Assembly (NCBI GenBank): GCA_034667685.1 | Contig: JAXDQU010000109.1 | Span: 1-27,419, forward strand | DNA length: 27,419 bases | Direction of reading: 5' to 3' | Source of the DNA: Thermoplasmata archaeon | GTDB lineage: Archaea > Thermoplasmatota > SW-10-69-26 > JACQPN01 > JAJPHT01 | Shown: piece after piece, positions 9,134-17,953 of the stretch | Numbering within the stretch: position 1 is the first letter of the stretch | How the letters are laid out: each line of letters begins with the position of its first letter | Program-made: the position numbers and the translations under genes | Notes under the pieces: generated by a model | What the model saw: only the letters and a program-made list of their open reading frames with translations | Told to the model about the DNA's origin: nothing | Databases searched by the model: none

Positions 9134-9201
9134 CCTGAGTCGGGGTCGTTGAATGTGCCGGTACAGGACTCCTTATTCGTTACCGTGCCCACTTGGGCCA
9201 G

Positions 9202-9591
9202 ATGCCTGCCGGCAGGGACGAAGCCCTCGTCGAAGTCCAATGCCATCAGGCGGTGGCCGACTGGATTGAGGAAGTCTTGGCCCGTCTGCGTAAGATGGGG
9301 GAGCCGGTCGTCTACCCGATCGTGACAGGGCCCTGCCTGGAGGGGCGGGTCCTCATGCTCCAGCGAGCGGACGACGTTGCGGCGTGGGATCGGATGGGGC
9401 CGGGCTTCGTGGCGGCGGGAATCCTGCGCAAAGCTCCGCGCGAGGTATTCCTCGGCGACGTGGAGCGCGTGTTCATGGAGGCGACCGTCGCGGGCTTCCC
9501 CGCCCTCTTCTTGACGACGCCCGCGCTACGCGCGGCGGCGGAAGACGTGATCCAGCGTTGCCGTCTGTCGACTCGGCGCCCGGCGCGTTGA
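9202..9591 (+). CDS. Hypothetical protein (about 129 aa)
   Basis: Protein-like composition, downstream of the TATA candidate, no competing ORF. Confidence 0.6.
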   Translation: MPAGRDEALVEVQCHQAVADWIEEVLARLRKMGEPVVYPIVTGPCLEGRVLMLQRADDVAAWDRMGPGFVAAGILRKAPREVFLGDVERVFMEATVAGFPALFLTTPALRAAAEDVIQRCRLSTRRPAR

Positions 9592-9625
9592 GCACGGGCG
9601 AAGGCATGCTCCGTCCATCCGCGTC

Positions 9626-10249
9626 TCACCCCGCGGGCGCTGGGGTCGGCGTGGTCGGGGTCGCGGGCGTGGGCGTGATGGGGCCGCTCTGCGCGCCCGT
9701 GGGGGGCGTCGCGGGGACGTAGATCGGCGGGTGGTCGGTCGCGGGGGGCGCGGCGTGTCCGCCCCCGCCGGCCAGGAAGATGCCGGTGACGAGGCCAACG
9801 CCGATGGTGAAGCCGAGGCTCACGAAGAGGAGGACGTGATACCACTGGAAGCGGCGGTTCGAAAGACGCCGGAGCTGCGTGCTCTTGGTCCGGTCGAAGA
9901 TGGCCTCGGCGGTGAGGTTGATTTCGCGTTCGACGCCGTCGCCGCCGAGCTCGCGGGGTAGCTGGACCTTGGCGACCATTCGCAGTGGGTCGAGGACGCG
10001 GACGGTCGCGCCGTGGATGGTGACCTGCGCGCCGTCGAGCTCGACGGTCTGCGCGCTGCTCTCGTGGACGAGGTAGACGCTGGCGAAGCGGCGGGGCCAG
10101 TTGGTCGGGCGGGCCTCGCGGACGACGGCGTAGGACTTCTTCTCCTTCCTGTCGTGGAGGAGCCCGTGCTCCTTTTCGAGGAACTTGAACTTCAGGGGCC
10201 CTTCGGGGGTGAGGATGATGCAGAACTGCTTGCCGGTGATGGAGAGCAT
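9626..10249 (-). CDS. Single-TM membrane protein with Pro/Thr-rich tail (element core gene candidate)
   Basis: TM 'WYHVLLFVSLGFTIGVGLVTGIFLA'. Preceded by the 23-bp motif shared with the Rep promoter region. Confidence 0.75.
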   Translation of the reverse strand: MLSITGKQFCIILTPEGPLKFKFLEKEHGLLHDRKEKKSYAVVREARPTNWPRRFASVYLVHESSAQTVELDGAQVTIHGATVRVLDPLRMVAKVQLPRELGGDGVEREINLTAEAIFDRTKSTQLRRLSNRRFQWYHVLLFVSLGFTIGVGLVTGIFLAGGGGHAAPPATDHPPIYVPATPPTGAQSGPITPTPATPTTPTPAPAG

Positions 10250-10292
10250 GCGGTTCTCGGTGGGCTCCGGGGGCCCTCAACGCTCCCGAGGT

Positions 10293-10318
10293 TCGTCTCG
10301 TGGGCGCGTGGGCGCGCG
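10293..10318 (-). promoter_or_regulatory. Shared element motif, copy 1 (TCGTCTCGTGGGCGCGTGGGCGC on +)
   Basis: 23/23 identical to 24798-24820. 10301-10318 identical to 21606-21623. Confidence 0.6.
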
Positions 10319-10322
10319 GGGC

Positions 10323-10980
10323 TCAACCAACGTCGAGTTGGGTCTGGCTGCGGACGCGGAGGGCCACGCGGTAGGTGGGCTCGATGACACGGGCGACGTG
10401 GTGTCCTGTCAACTCGCGCAGGCCTCGCACGTCGGGGCCGGGCGGCGCGAGCGCGAGGACCGGGACGCCGGTCTCCTCGGCCCAGGCCGTGACGTGGCGC
10501 AGCGCGTGACCGAGGATCGCGCGCGCTTCGGCGGCGTCGATCTCGTCGTCCTCAAACATGGTGAGGAGACCGGGCACGAGAACCAGGCTGGCGTTGGGTA
10601 CGCGCGCCTTAACCTGATGGGGAAGCTCGGTCTCAAGGAGGGTGGCGAGCTGGTGGACCGTGAAGGCGCGGGCGATGATGACGCCATCAGCCACTTCCTC
10701 AAAGATGCCCGCGGCTCGCGCGCGCCAAGAGCCCGTAGGCGTGGAAGGGGGCGCCGCCGTTGAAGATGAGGACCGGGCCGAGGCGCGCGGCCTCCAAGAT
10801 GAGCGCGGCCTCGGTCTGCGCCAGGTAGCCGGAGGGCGCGACGAGCAGCGCGACCTTGCCGCGCTCCAAGCCCGCCAACGCCGCCACGGGCGAGAGCGGC
10901 GCCACGGGCTGCGCGAGGATTGAGACGGCCGCGGACTGAGCCTCGAACTCGGCGGCGTGCATGCCGGTCCATCGGCGCAT
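10323..10980 (-). pseudogene. Inactive RecA/RadA-like (ImuA/PolB2-associated type) protein, frameshifted near 10720
   Basis: 5' part 'VLIFNGGAPFHAYGLL' and 3' part 'VIIARAFTVHQL...LLTMFEDDEI' lie in different frames. They join if one CG is added to the CG tract at 10717-10725. Confidence 0.7.
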
Positions 10981-11103
10981 GGCCGTCCTGACCACCACGG
11001 GCGGAGCGGGCCGAACCTGTGCTAAAGGCCCGGGGCGGAGCCAGGTTCCCGGCCAAGGCTCAAATCCAAGGCCGATTCCTGGCCTTTCGTGGTTTTCAAC
11101 CCC

Positions 11104-11832
11104 ATGACATCGTGGGAGGCAAAGAAGCGCGCAAAGCGGACCCGCGCGAAGTATGCGATAGTGGCGTGCGCCTGGCTTGTGTTGACGGCGGGTCTCGTGG
11201 TGCTTCCGCTCCGCCTTGCCTTCGCTGCGCTCTCGTCCACACAGACCGCCCCGGAGGCGGCGCTCTATGCAGACCTGGCACAAGCTGCGGCCCTCCTAAT
11301 GACCTCGGCTGCAACGGCGGGCGTGGCGGCTTGGTCTGTTTTCCGAACGGAGAAGATGCAACGAGAGGTTGAGCAGGAGCGCGTCAGATTTGAGCGCAAT
11401 ACGCGCGAGCGAGACCGGATTGAGGCGCGACTTCGGGACAAGTTGGGCTCGGACTGGCATTTGGTTCTGTCCAAGACCTCACAGCATGGAGAAGCAAAAT
11501 TGGAGCAAGTCGTCAAGACTTGCGGGCTGGAGCTGGGGGACGTTCTCCCCTTCTTCCCAAACGTTCGCGCTACCCTTGCAAGGAGGGCCGAGGCGGAAGA
11601 GATGGCGCGATGGGAAGCCCTTGATCCGGTTGGCTTCAGGGAGTATCAGGCCGCGGAGGCCGCTGCGCTGGATGACTACATGTCAGACCCGGACCGGGGA
11701 TATCAGGGTGATGCCGACGCCGATTTTGTCGAAGCGATGCGCGAGAAACACGGCCCAGCGCCACCCAAGAAAAGACGGAGGCGGGAGTCGCTCCCGATGA
11801 TTGTTGCCTCGCGTCGCATGGAGTATCGCTGA
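11104..11832 (+). CDS. Hypothetical membrane protein (2 N-terminal TMs plus coiled-coil/acidic region)
   Basis: Two hydrophobic segments followed by a charged helical domain. Confidence 0.65.
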   Translation: MTSWEAKKRAKRTRAKYAIVACAWLVLTAGLVVLPLRLAFAALSSTQTAPEAALYADLAQAAALLMTSAATAGVAAWSVFRTEKMQREVEQERVRFERNTRERDRIEARLRDKLGSDWHLVLSKTSQHGEAKLEQVVKTCGLELGDVLPFFPNVRATLARRAEAEEMARWEALDPVGFREYQAAEAAALDDYMSDPDRGYQGDADADFVEAMREKHGPAPPKKRRRRESLPMIVASRRMEYR

Positions 11833-11983
11833 CCCGCGAGTCTAGCCGGCCTCGGTGTGATCTAGTCACAGTTCCGCCGAGCCTGGCGCCGCGCGTTCAC
11901 CATGCGGGCGCGTCGTTTGTGGGCTGTTGGCATCGACGTCCCGCCACCACTATTCTTTTGGGTGCGCGATGGTGTCAGGCTCC

Positions 11984-12711
11984 ATGTCCGCCGAGCTTCC
12001 CCCGGTCCCGGCGCCCGATGGCGAGGACCGCGCCCAGGCACTCTTCCGGGCGATCTTGGGCAGTCTCCAGTGCCCGGTACTGCCGCGATGCTGGAGGCGT
12101 TCAACCTCTTCTTCCGTCCAGAAATCGAGCGGCGGCAACAGGCGTGGCTTGAGCAATTGCGAGTCGCCGTCCGCGAACTGGAGGGGCGGCTGGACGCCCA
12201 GGCATTCGAGAACCTGCGCCATGATCCCGCCTTCTACTCCGCCGTGGCTCACGCCACAGAAGTTGCTAAACGGACACACCGCGAGGAGAAGCTTTGGATG
12301 CTACGAAACGCCGTGGTCAATTCGGGGCTTCGCAGCGCTCCCTCCGACGACGTGCGGCAGGTCTTCCTCCGATTGGTCGACGACCTGACCCCCGTAGAAG
12401 TCCGGCTCCTGCTCCTCTTCCACGTCTACCCTGGATTCAGGGGACGTACCAGCTCCGTGATGCAGCACCCAACGATGGAGGAAGCCTTTTTGTCCATCGC
12501 ACCTGAGCTGGGCGCGCACAAGGGGCTTCTGCGGTGGATGGCGGAGCGGTTGGCACGCGAAGGACTCGTTGAGGATTCAGTGTTTGAAGGCCGGGACGCC
12601 GGAAACGGCGTAAGCCTTCGGTGGCTCGACCTTCGCCGTCCTGATCCCGGCTCCTTCACCACCCCGCTGGGGAAGGACTTTGTGCGCTTCATCTCGGAGC
12701 CTCCCGGCTAG
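11984..12711 (+). pseudogene. Helical mobile-element protein (possibly Abi-alpha/DUF4393-like), frameshifted near 12067
   Basis: MSAELPP...FRAILGSL and PVPGTAAMLEAF...RTHREEKLWMLRNAVVNS...FLRLVDDLT...TTPLGKDFVRFI join with one extra C at 12066-12068. Family assignment from recalled motif pattern only. Confidence 0.6.
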
Positions 12712-13649
12712 TCGCCCTGCACGTGCGTGGGAGCGAAGAGGGCCGCCCCTTCAGCGATCTTCGCTTGGAGGAACTGCTTGAAATCAGTATCATGCACGAC
12801 GGAGCACCGGGAGGGTTGCCCCGCGCAATGCTCGCGGAAGAGAGTGCGCGCCGCATCGGGTATCGATCCCTTGGGGCGCCAATTGAACGCTTGTGATTGC
12901 TCCGCAAGCTCGCGGTTGAAGCTGTGCCATAGAGCGGCCTGCATGTAGGGCTGGGATCGGAACGCCAATTCAACACTCGGGACCTTTTGCGCGACATCGT
13001 TGAGGTCCTCGGTCGCACCCTCTATGGCATGGTGAGTCGTCCCGGGAGGTAGGACGTACAGGTCAGCCGTCGTCAGCACGATCGGGTGAAAGGCCATCTG
13101 GATGTTGGAAGGGCCGCTGACAATGAAGTTCGCTAGGCGGGTCGCGAAGTAGTCCATTGTTCCCAACGCGGCCTGGCGGATGGCGTTTGGAATCTTGTTG
13201 GTATCCACTTCCCATTTCTCTTTTGACGCCGATGCGCCGGGTTGCGAGAGGTACAGAGCTACTCCCTTGCCGTAGAAGCGACTTGCTTCGACGGGCCCGA
13301 GTCCGTCGAAGGGATGCCGCGGATGCGACTGGAAAGTCGCGACGCGCGACGTTTGCCACGCATAGGGGCTGGCTGGGGGGAAAATCCATCGGCCGCGAGC
13401 GTGCTTGCATTCCACGCCAAACGCCTGAATCACGCCCCCGCCCGCGGCCGGAAGTACGCCAATCCGGTCTATTTCCTCGTCGTTCTCGCCGTCCTGTCTA
13501 CGGAAGAATCGGGCTCCATCATCGAGAATGCCGAGGCTTTGGAAGACTTGGCCCGCGTATTCTTCCAACGGCATGCCCGATCCTAACAGAGCGTCGCGCA
13601 GTGTCTTGGCTGATCCGCTGTGCTCCGCTTCCTCCCTCAGTCGAGCCAT
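12708..13649 (-). CDS. PD-(D/E)xK restriction-endonuclease-like protein
   Basis: SGMPLE...EEID...VECKH motif spacing, AIRQA, PIVLTTADL. Confidence 0.75.
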   Translation of the reverse strand: MARLREEAEHSGSAKTLRDALLGSGMPLEEYAGQVFQSLGILDDGARFFRRQDGENDEEIDRIGVLPAAGGGVIQAFGVECKHARGRWIFPPASPYAWQTSRVATFQSHPRHPFDGLGPVEASRFYGKGVALYLSQPGASASKEKWEVDTNKIPNAIRQAALGTMDYFATRLANFIVSGPSNIQMAFHPIVLTTADLYVLPPGTTHHAIEGATEDLNDVAQKVPSVELAFRSQPYMQAALWHSFNRELAEQSQAFNWRPKGSIPDAARTLFREHCAGQPSRCSVVHDTDFKQFLQAKIAEGAALFAPTHVQGD

Positions 13650-13655
13650 ACTGCC

Positions 13656-14108
13656 TCAGTCTCCTTCGTGCCTCAGCGGCATCCCCACTGTCGCACGGTG
13701 GCGGTCAATCTGCCGGTGAGTCTGCTTCATTACACGGAAGCCGAGCAAGGACCCGACGAGGAAGACCACCGCCGCAACGGGCCAGATCGACCAAAGCATG
13801 TCTAGTATCGCGAAGTACCCGAAGAGTTGACCAAGGGTCCTTGCAACTTCAGATAGCCTGGGCTCAGGAACACGGAAGCGACTGGATAACTCCTCGCCGT
13901 AAATCGAGGCCGCCAGCAGCGGCAGCGAGGAAGCGGCAAAGAGTAGCGCAATCGCGTGGTAAGAGTCGAACGGCGCTTGAGGCGGCCACGACAGTGTCCC
14001 GACCGCTGGTGAGTATTGCACGAACTGAGCCGCCACCAAGATATCCGTGCTCATGAGGCCAAATGTCAGCGCCCGAACCGGGTCCGATCGTGGGGGGTCC
14101 TGAGTCAT
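13656..14108 (-). CDS. Hypothetical multi-pass membrane protein
   Basis: 3-4 hydrophobic segments, stop 6 nt before the nuclease start. Confidence 0.6.
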   Translation of the reverse strand: MTQDPPRSDPVRALTFGLMSTDILVAAQFVQYSPAVGTLSWPPQAPFDSYHAIALLFAASSLPLLAASIYGEELSSRFRVPEPRLSEVARTLGQLFGYFAILDMLWSIWPVAAVVFLVGSLLGFRVMKQTHRQIDRHRATVGMPLRHEGD

Positions 14109-14222
14109 ACACGGCAGGCAGCGCGGGCACGGATCAAACCCGCGATTCACACCGTCCCTAACGGGATGAGGGGGGCAGGGCGCCCCGAATTGCGCCAGCC
14201 CCACCTTCAATTCCGGGCGCGT

Positions 14223-14459
14223 CTATGGACCGCCGCGACGCGACCGGCCAGGAAAGTAGTGCTCGACGACCTTACCGAATAGGGTCGAAAGGAGCGCAGA
14301 AAGTGTGACCGCCGTACCTGTGTCCTTCGTGAGCCACACCAGGCCGAGCACAGAGAACCCCAGCACAATGACCAGCACGGCAACGAGTGAGCGCGTCTGC
14401 TCAGGAATTCCTGGGCGGCGTGGGACCAATTGGCGGGGGGGCGGGGTGCCTTCCGGCAT
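14223..14459 (-). CDS. Small 2-TM membrane protein
   Basis: 'SLVAVLVIVLGFSVLGLVWL' and 'AVTLSALLSTLFGKVVEHYF', basic tail. Confidence 0.55.
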   Translation of the reverse strand: MPEGTPPPRQLVPRRPGIPEQTRSLVAVLVIVLGFSVLGLVWLTKDTGTAVTLSALLSTLFGKVVEHYFPGRSRRGGP

Positions 14460-15000
14460 GAAGCCAACTCCTTGAGCGCCCGCCATGCTCCACCCCCGGT
14501 GGTGGGACAGTCGGGCGCGAGTCTGCTTCGCTGGAAGGGTTGCCGCTGGGGCACCCGTGCTTGTTTGCGTGCTCCGGCACCGGGGCCGGTTGCGCTTCTA
14601 CCGCGCAAGGGGTTCGTTCATTAGGTGGACACGCGGGTTTCCCCGCGGGAGACGGACGAGCTGGACCTGATAGGAGCGTCCCTCAGGCGTCTCAGCGGGA
14701 CCGTGTAGCCGGAAAATTCGCCGTTGTCTATTGAATCTGTGGCGGGGGTCACCGAAGGTCGGAAATGCGCGGGAATCGACCATACGAGACTGTAGGGGGC
14801 GACCTAACTTTTGAGCCCATCGGTGAACGTCGCGCGCTAGCGCCAATGCTTGCATCTCGCTATCATCGTCACCGATGGCGCGTGCGTCTCGCCACGCATC
14901 GCTAGCGCACGCCGCCTAGCCGCCGACAAGAGCGAGAACGGCGCAGCGAGCGAATGCGCAGGACACGACCCCGATTGGTGAGCCGTTGCTATAGCGCGCG

Positions 15001-15510
15001 TCAGCGTTTGCCTTCCTGGCGGAGCCGGAGGGCACGCGCGACTTCGTTAACGTCCACGATGGCCTCAACGGCGTCGCCAAGAACGGGCGTAATCCGCAAG
15101 ACTCGCCCATCCGCGTTGCTCCAGAGGGGCGGAATGAAGTGGGTGATCGTGAGAGTCACACGTCTCCCAGGCTCCACGACGGGATCGGTAGGCGAAGTGG
15201 CGGGGTTGCCCTGCTGATCCCTTCCGGGTTCGGATTCCTGAATGCCAAACGCTTGCCCATTCTGAATGAGCTTAATCGAGGCCAAGGCCGTCGCATGGTG
15301 CCCTGCATTGTCGATTGTGACCCGCACGCCGTTCCCATAGACGATGGCTTCATGGATTCTGAGTTTGGGCGTCTGCCTTGACGCTTCAATCCGCATGAGC
15401 CGGTATGTGAATACGGCGACGACGGCCGCGACGGCGAAACTTCCCAAGGTCGCCAAGGCGATGACCCAATCGCTCAGTCTCGTGGCCGCGACGAATGCAT
15501 TCCAATCCAT
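15001..15510 (-). CDS. Hypothetical protein with N-terminal TM
   Basis: 'DWVIALATLGSFAVAAVVAVFTY' followed by a beta-rich domain 'VTIDNAG'. Confidence 0.7.
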   Translation of the reverse strand: MDWNAFVAATRLSDWVIALATLGSFAVAAVVAVFTYRLMRIEASRQTPKLRIHEAIVYGNGVRVTIDNAGHHATALASIKLIQNGQAFGIQESEPGRDQQGNPATSPTDPVVEPGRRVTLTITHFIPPLWSNADGRVLRITPVLGDAVEAIVDVNEVARALRLRQEGKR

Positions 15511-15571
15511 CGGTGCTGAATGTCGCTTTCCCTCCTTGGAACCTCCTCACCGGGATTGCGCCAGCCACATG

Positions 15572-16819
15572 TTAGACGCGCGCGCCGATCACGACGATGA
15601 GCGCGACGACGCCGACGAAGAGGGCGGCGCCGAGCGCGGCCTTCGCGGTCGTGAGCAAGAGGTTGTGCTCGCCCACGTCGTCGAGGTGGACGCCGTGGAG
15701 GGCCAGGTCGTCGACGCTCTGCTGGAGATCGGACACGTTGCGCGAGAGGTCGGGCGTCGTCGTCTGGTTCTGGAAGGTGACGGTGCCCGTGGCGGTCACG
15801 GCGTAGGTGTAGCCGAGCCAGGAGCCGGTCGAGTTAGCGGTCCAGTTGAGCGTCGTGCTGTCGGCCGCGCCGACGAACGAGACGTAGGCTTGGCCGTTGG
15901 CGTCGGTGGTGGGCATCGTCGTGCCCAGCGGGAACGTTCCGTTCCTCAAGGAGATCGTGACGGGGCTGCTCAGGGGCGCGGCGAGCGTGCCCCCGTTGTG
16001 GCCTTCGAGCGTGACGTAGAGGCTCCAGATGCTGCTGGGCGCGTAGCTGGCGCGCGGTTGTTGGACGTGGAGGTGGACCGCGAAGACGGTCGCGTTGGCG
16101 AAGAGGTCGGCGCGGTACGTGTCGTTCAGCCGCTCTTGCTGCGGGCCCAGGCTCGTGAAGGCGACGTTCCAGGTGAGCGTGACTTGGCTGTTGGCTGCGA
16201 CGCTGTAGGGCTTCGCGGTCTCGGCTGTCTCCGCGGTGCCGGTGGGACGGCTGTAGAGCGTGGCGGTGCCGGCGAGGGCGAGGTCGTCCACGCTGGTGCT
16301 GGTGAGCTGGTAGGAGACGGTCTGCGTGGTGGCGGTGGGCGCGGTCGACGGGACGGTGAGCGTGCGCGTCCAGGTGTTCGTATACTGGACGAGGTACGTG
16401 CTGCGCTTGTCGGCGCTCCCGCCCGCGGGTTGGCCGGTGCAGGGCGTCAAGGTGCAGCGGGTGTTGAAGTTGTACGTGTAGGTCGCTTCGGGGCCGGGCT
16501 CAGTGACGCTCCAGGTGAGCGTGGCGCTCTGCGAGGCGCTCAGACTGAGCGTTTGCTCTCCGCGGTCGGTGTAGCTCGCGTCGCTCGCGGTGCAGAGGCC
16601 GTCCGCCGTGGTGTCGCGGCAGGTCAGGAGGCGCACGCCCCACTGGAGCGGGAGGTCGGTCCCGCTGCTGCTCTGCGCCGTGTATGAGAACGTCACGGCG
16701 CGGCCGGGGCGGAAGCTCGCGGGCACGCTGGCGCTCGTGCTCCAGGAGGCCTCGGCCAGCGGCACGAGGAACAGGGCCAGGAGGAGCAAGAGGATCACGA
16801 GACCGAGAGGGCGGGGCAT
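15572..16819 (-). CDS. Secreted, C-terminally anchored Thr-rich Ig-like protein (candidate virion surface protein)
   Basis: Signal peptide, Cys pairs, coiled-coil-like 'DLSRNVSDLQQSVDDL', C-term TM. Confidence 0.8.
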   Translation of the reverse strand: MPRPLGLVILLLLLALFLVPLAEASWSTSASVPASFRPGRAVTFSYTAQSSSGTDLPLQWGVRLLTCRDTTADGLCTASDASYTDRGEQTLSLSASQSATLTWSVTEPGPEATYTYNFNTRCTLTPCTGQPAGGSADKRSTYLVQYTNTWTRTLTVPSTAPTATTQTVSYQLTSTSVDDLALAGTATLYSRPTGTAETAETAKPYSVAANSQVTLTWNVAFTSLGPQQERLNDTYRADLFANATVFAVHLHVQQPRASYAPSSIWSLYVTLEGHNGGTLAAPLSSPVTISLRNGTFPLGTTMPTTDANGQAYVSFVGAADSTTLNWTANSTGSWLGYTYAVTATGTVTFQNQTTTPDLSRNVSDLQQSVDDLALHGVHLDDVGEHNLLLTTAKAALGAALFVGVVALIVVIGARV

Positions 16820-16831
16820 GATGGCGTTCTC

Positions 16832-17950
16832 CTATGGGGTGAGCTTACTGATGGCGAATTGGGCGAGCCAGAAGAAGATCATCCAGAGGCCCTTGAGGAC
16901 CCACCAGACGGCGCGGACGGGCATCCAGAGGCCGGTGAAGAGGTGCTTGAACATGGGGTCGATGAAGAGGAGGAGGCCGTAGCTGATGCTCACGATCACG
17001 AGGACGTGCCAGAAGAGGAGCGGGTCTTGCGCGCCAACGTCCCAGGCGTCGCCGACGAGCTCGCTGACGAAGTCCTTGACGAGCATGATCTTGTCGCCCT
17101 GTGGGACGAAGCTGAAGACGAAGTCCAGCATCTTGCTCACGAAGCCGCCCACGAGGCCGAGGATGCTCGTGACGGCGTCGGACACGAAGCTTGAGAACGT
17201 CCAGCCCGGCGTCTCGCCGGTCTTGGCGAAGCCGTAGGCGAGGCTCATCGTGTCCAACGTGAGCTGGGAGCTGACCCGGATCTCCAGCCAGTTGTACGTC
17301 TGGTTCTCGATGACGATCCGGCCGGGGCTGTCGGGGGGCTCGTGCTCGAAGAAGCGCGCAGGGAGGAGGCTCCACGAGTCGAACTCGGGCGTAATGGTGA
17401 ACGTCGTGTTCTCCTGCTTGAGCCAGAAGTGCGTGTCGGGGATGCCCCAGGAGAAGTAGTTGCGGAGTCGAATCTCCTCGGAGTCGTCCAGGACGCGCGT
17501 GTTGTTCTCGTAGACGACGTAGTGGATCGTCATGGTCGGGCGGCGCTTCAGGTCGCCCAGGGCGTCGTACCACGCCACGTCGGGGGAATGGAGGTGGAGC
17601 GTGGTCTGGTAGAGGACGGTCACGGTGTTGTACGTGAACGTGTAGGAGATGGCGTTGTCCTCGTCCACGCCGGTCTTGAAGAAGCCGCCCGAGTGGTATT
17701 TGTGTCCCGTGACGAGGAGAATCCAGGCGCCACCAACGCGGTCGGACGGGTTCTCGGCGTTGGGGTTGGGCGCGTTGCCGCTGAAGGTGAACTGATAGTC
17801 GCCGTAGGTCACGTCGGTGTCCTTGCCGGCGCTGTGCTTCGCGGTGTCCGTGACGTGGACGAGGTGTGCGCTGCCGGCGAGGTCGTCGGCACGCGCGGTG
17901 GGCGCGACGAGGAGCGCGAGGAGCAGGAGGGCGAGAAGGTGGGCGCGCAT
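16832..17950 (-). CDS. Membrane protein with ectodomain and long amphipathic/hydrophobic C-terminus (candidate minor virion protein)
   Basis: Signal peptide MRAHLLALLLLALLVAPTARA. Last about 120 aa are hydrophobic and Trp/Phe-rich. Confidence 0.8.
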   Translation of the reverse strand: MRAHLLALLLLALLVAPTARADDLAGSAHLVHVTDTAKHSAGKDTDVTYGDYQFTFSGNAPNPNAENPSDRVGGAWILLVTGHKYHSGGFFKTGVDEDNAISYTFTYNTVTVLYQTTLHLHSPDVAWYDALGDLKRRPTMTIHYVVYENNTRVLDDSEEIRLRNYFSWGIPDTHFWLKQENTTFTITPEFDSWSLLPARFFEHEPPDSPGRIVIENQTYNWLEIRVSSQLTLDTMSLAYGFAKTGETPGWTFSSFVSDAVTSILGLVGGFVSKMLDFVFSFVPQGDKIMLVKDFVSELVGDAWDVGAQDPLLFWHVLVIVSISYGLLLFIDPMFKHLFTGLWMPVRAVWWVLKGLWMIFFWLAQFAISKLTP

Positions 17951-17953
17951 GGT

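Noticed and set aside
9003-9200. tRNA or att site at the left border
   Set aside because: No cloverleaf or T-arm consensus found.
11011-11026. SOS-box-like GAAC...GCTA upstream of the RadA-like gene
   Set aside because: Does not fit GAAC-N4-GTTC.
11862-11933. 23-aa basic peptide MPTAHKRRARMVNARRQARRNCD (L41e-like?)
   Set aside because: Only compositional resemblance, too short to support.
14598-14855. 85-aa minus-strand ORF in the cargo gap
   Set aside because: No motif or coding signal sufficient to call it.
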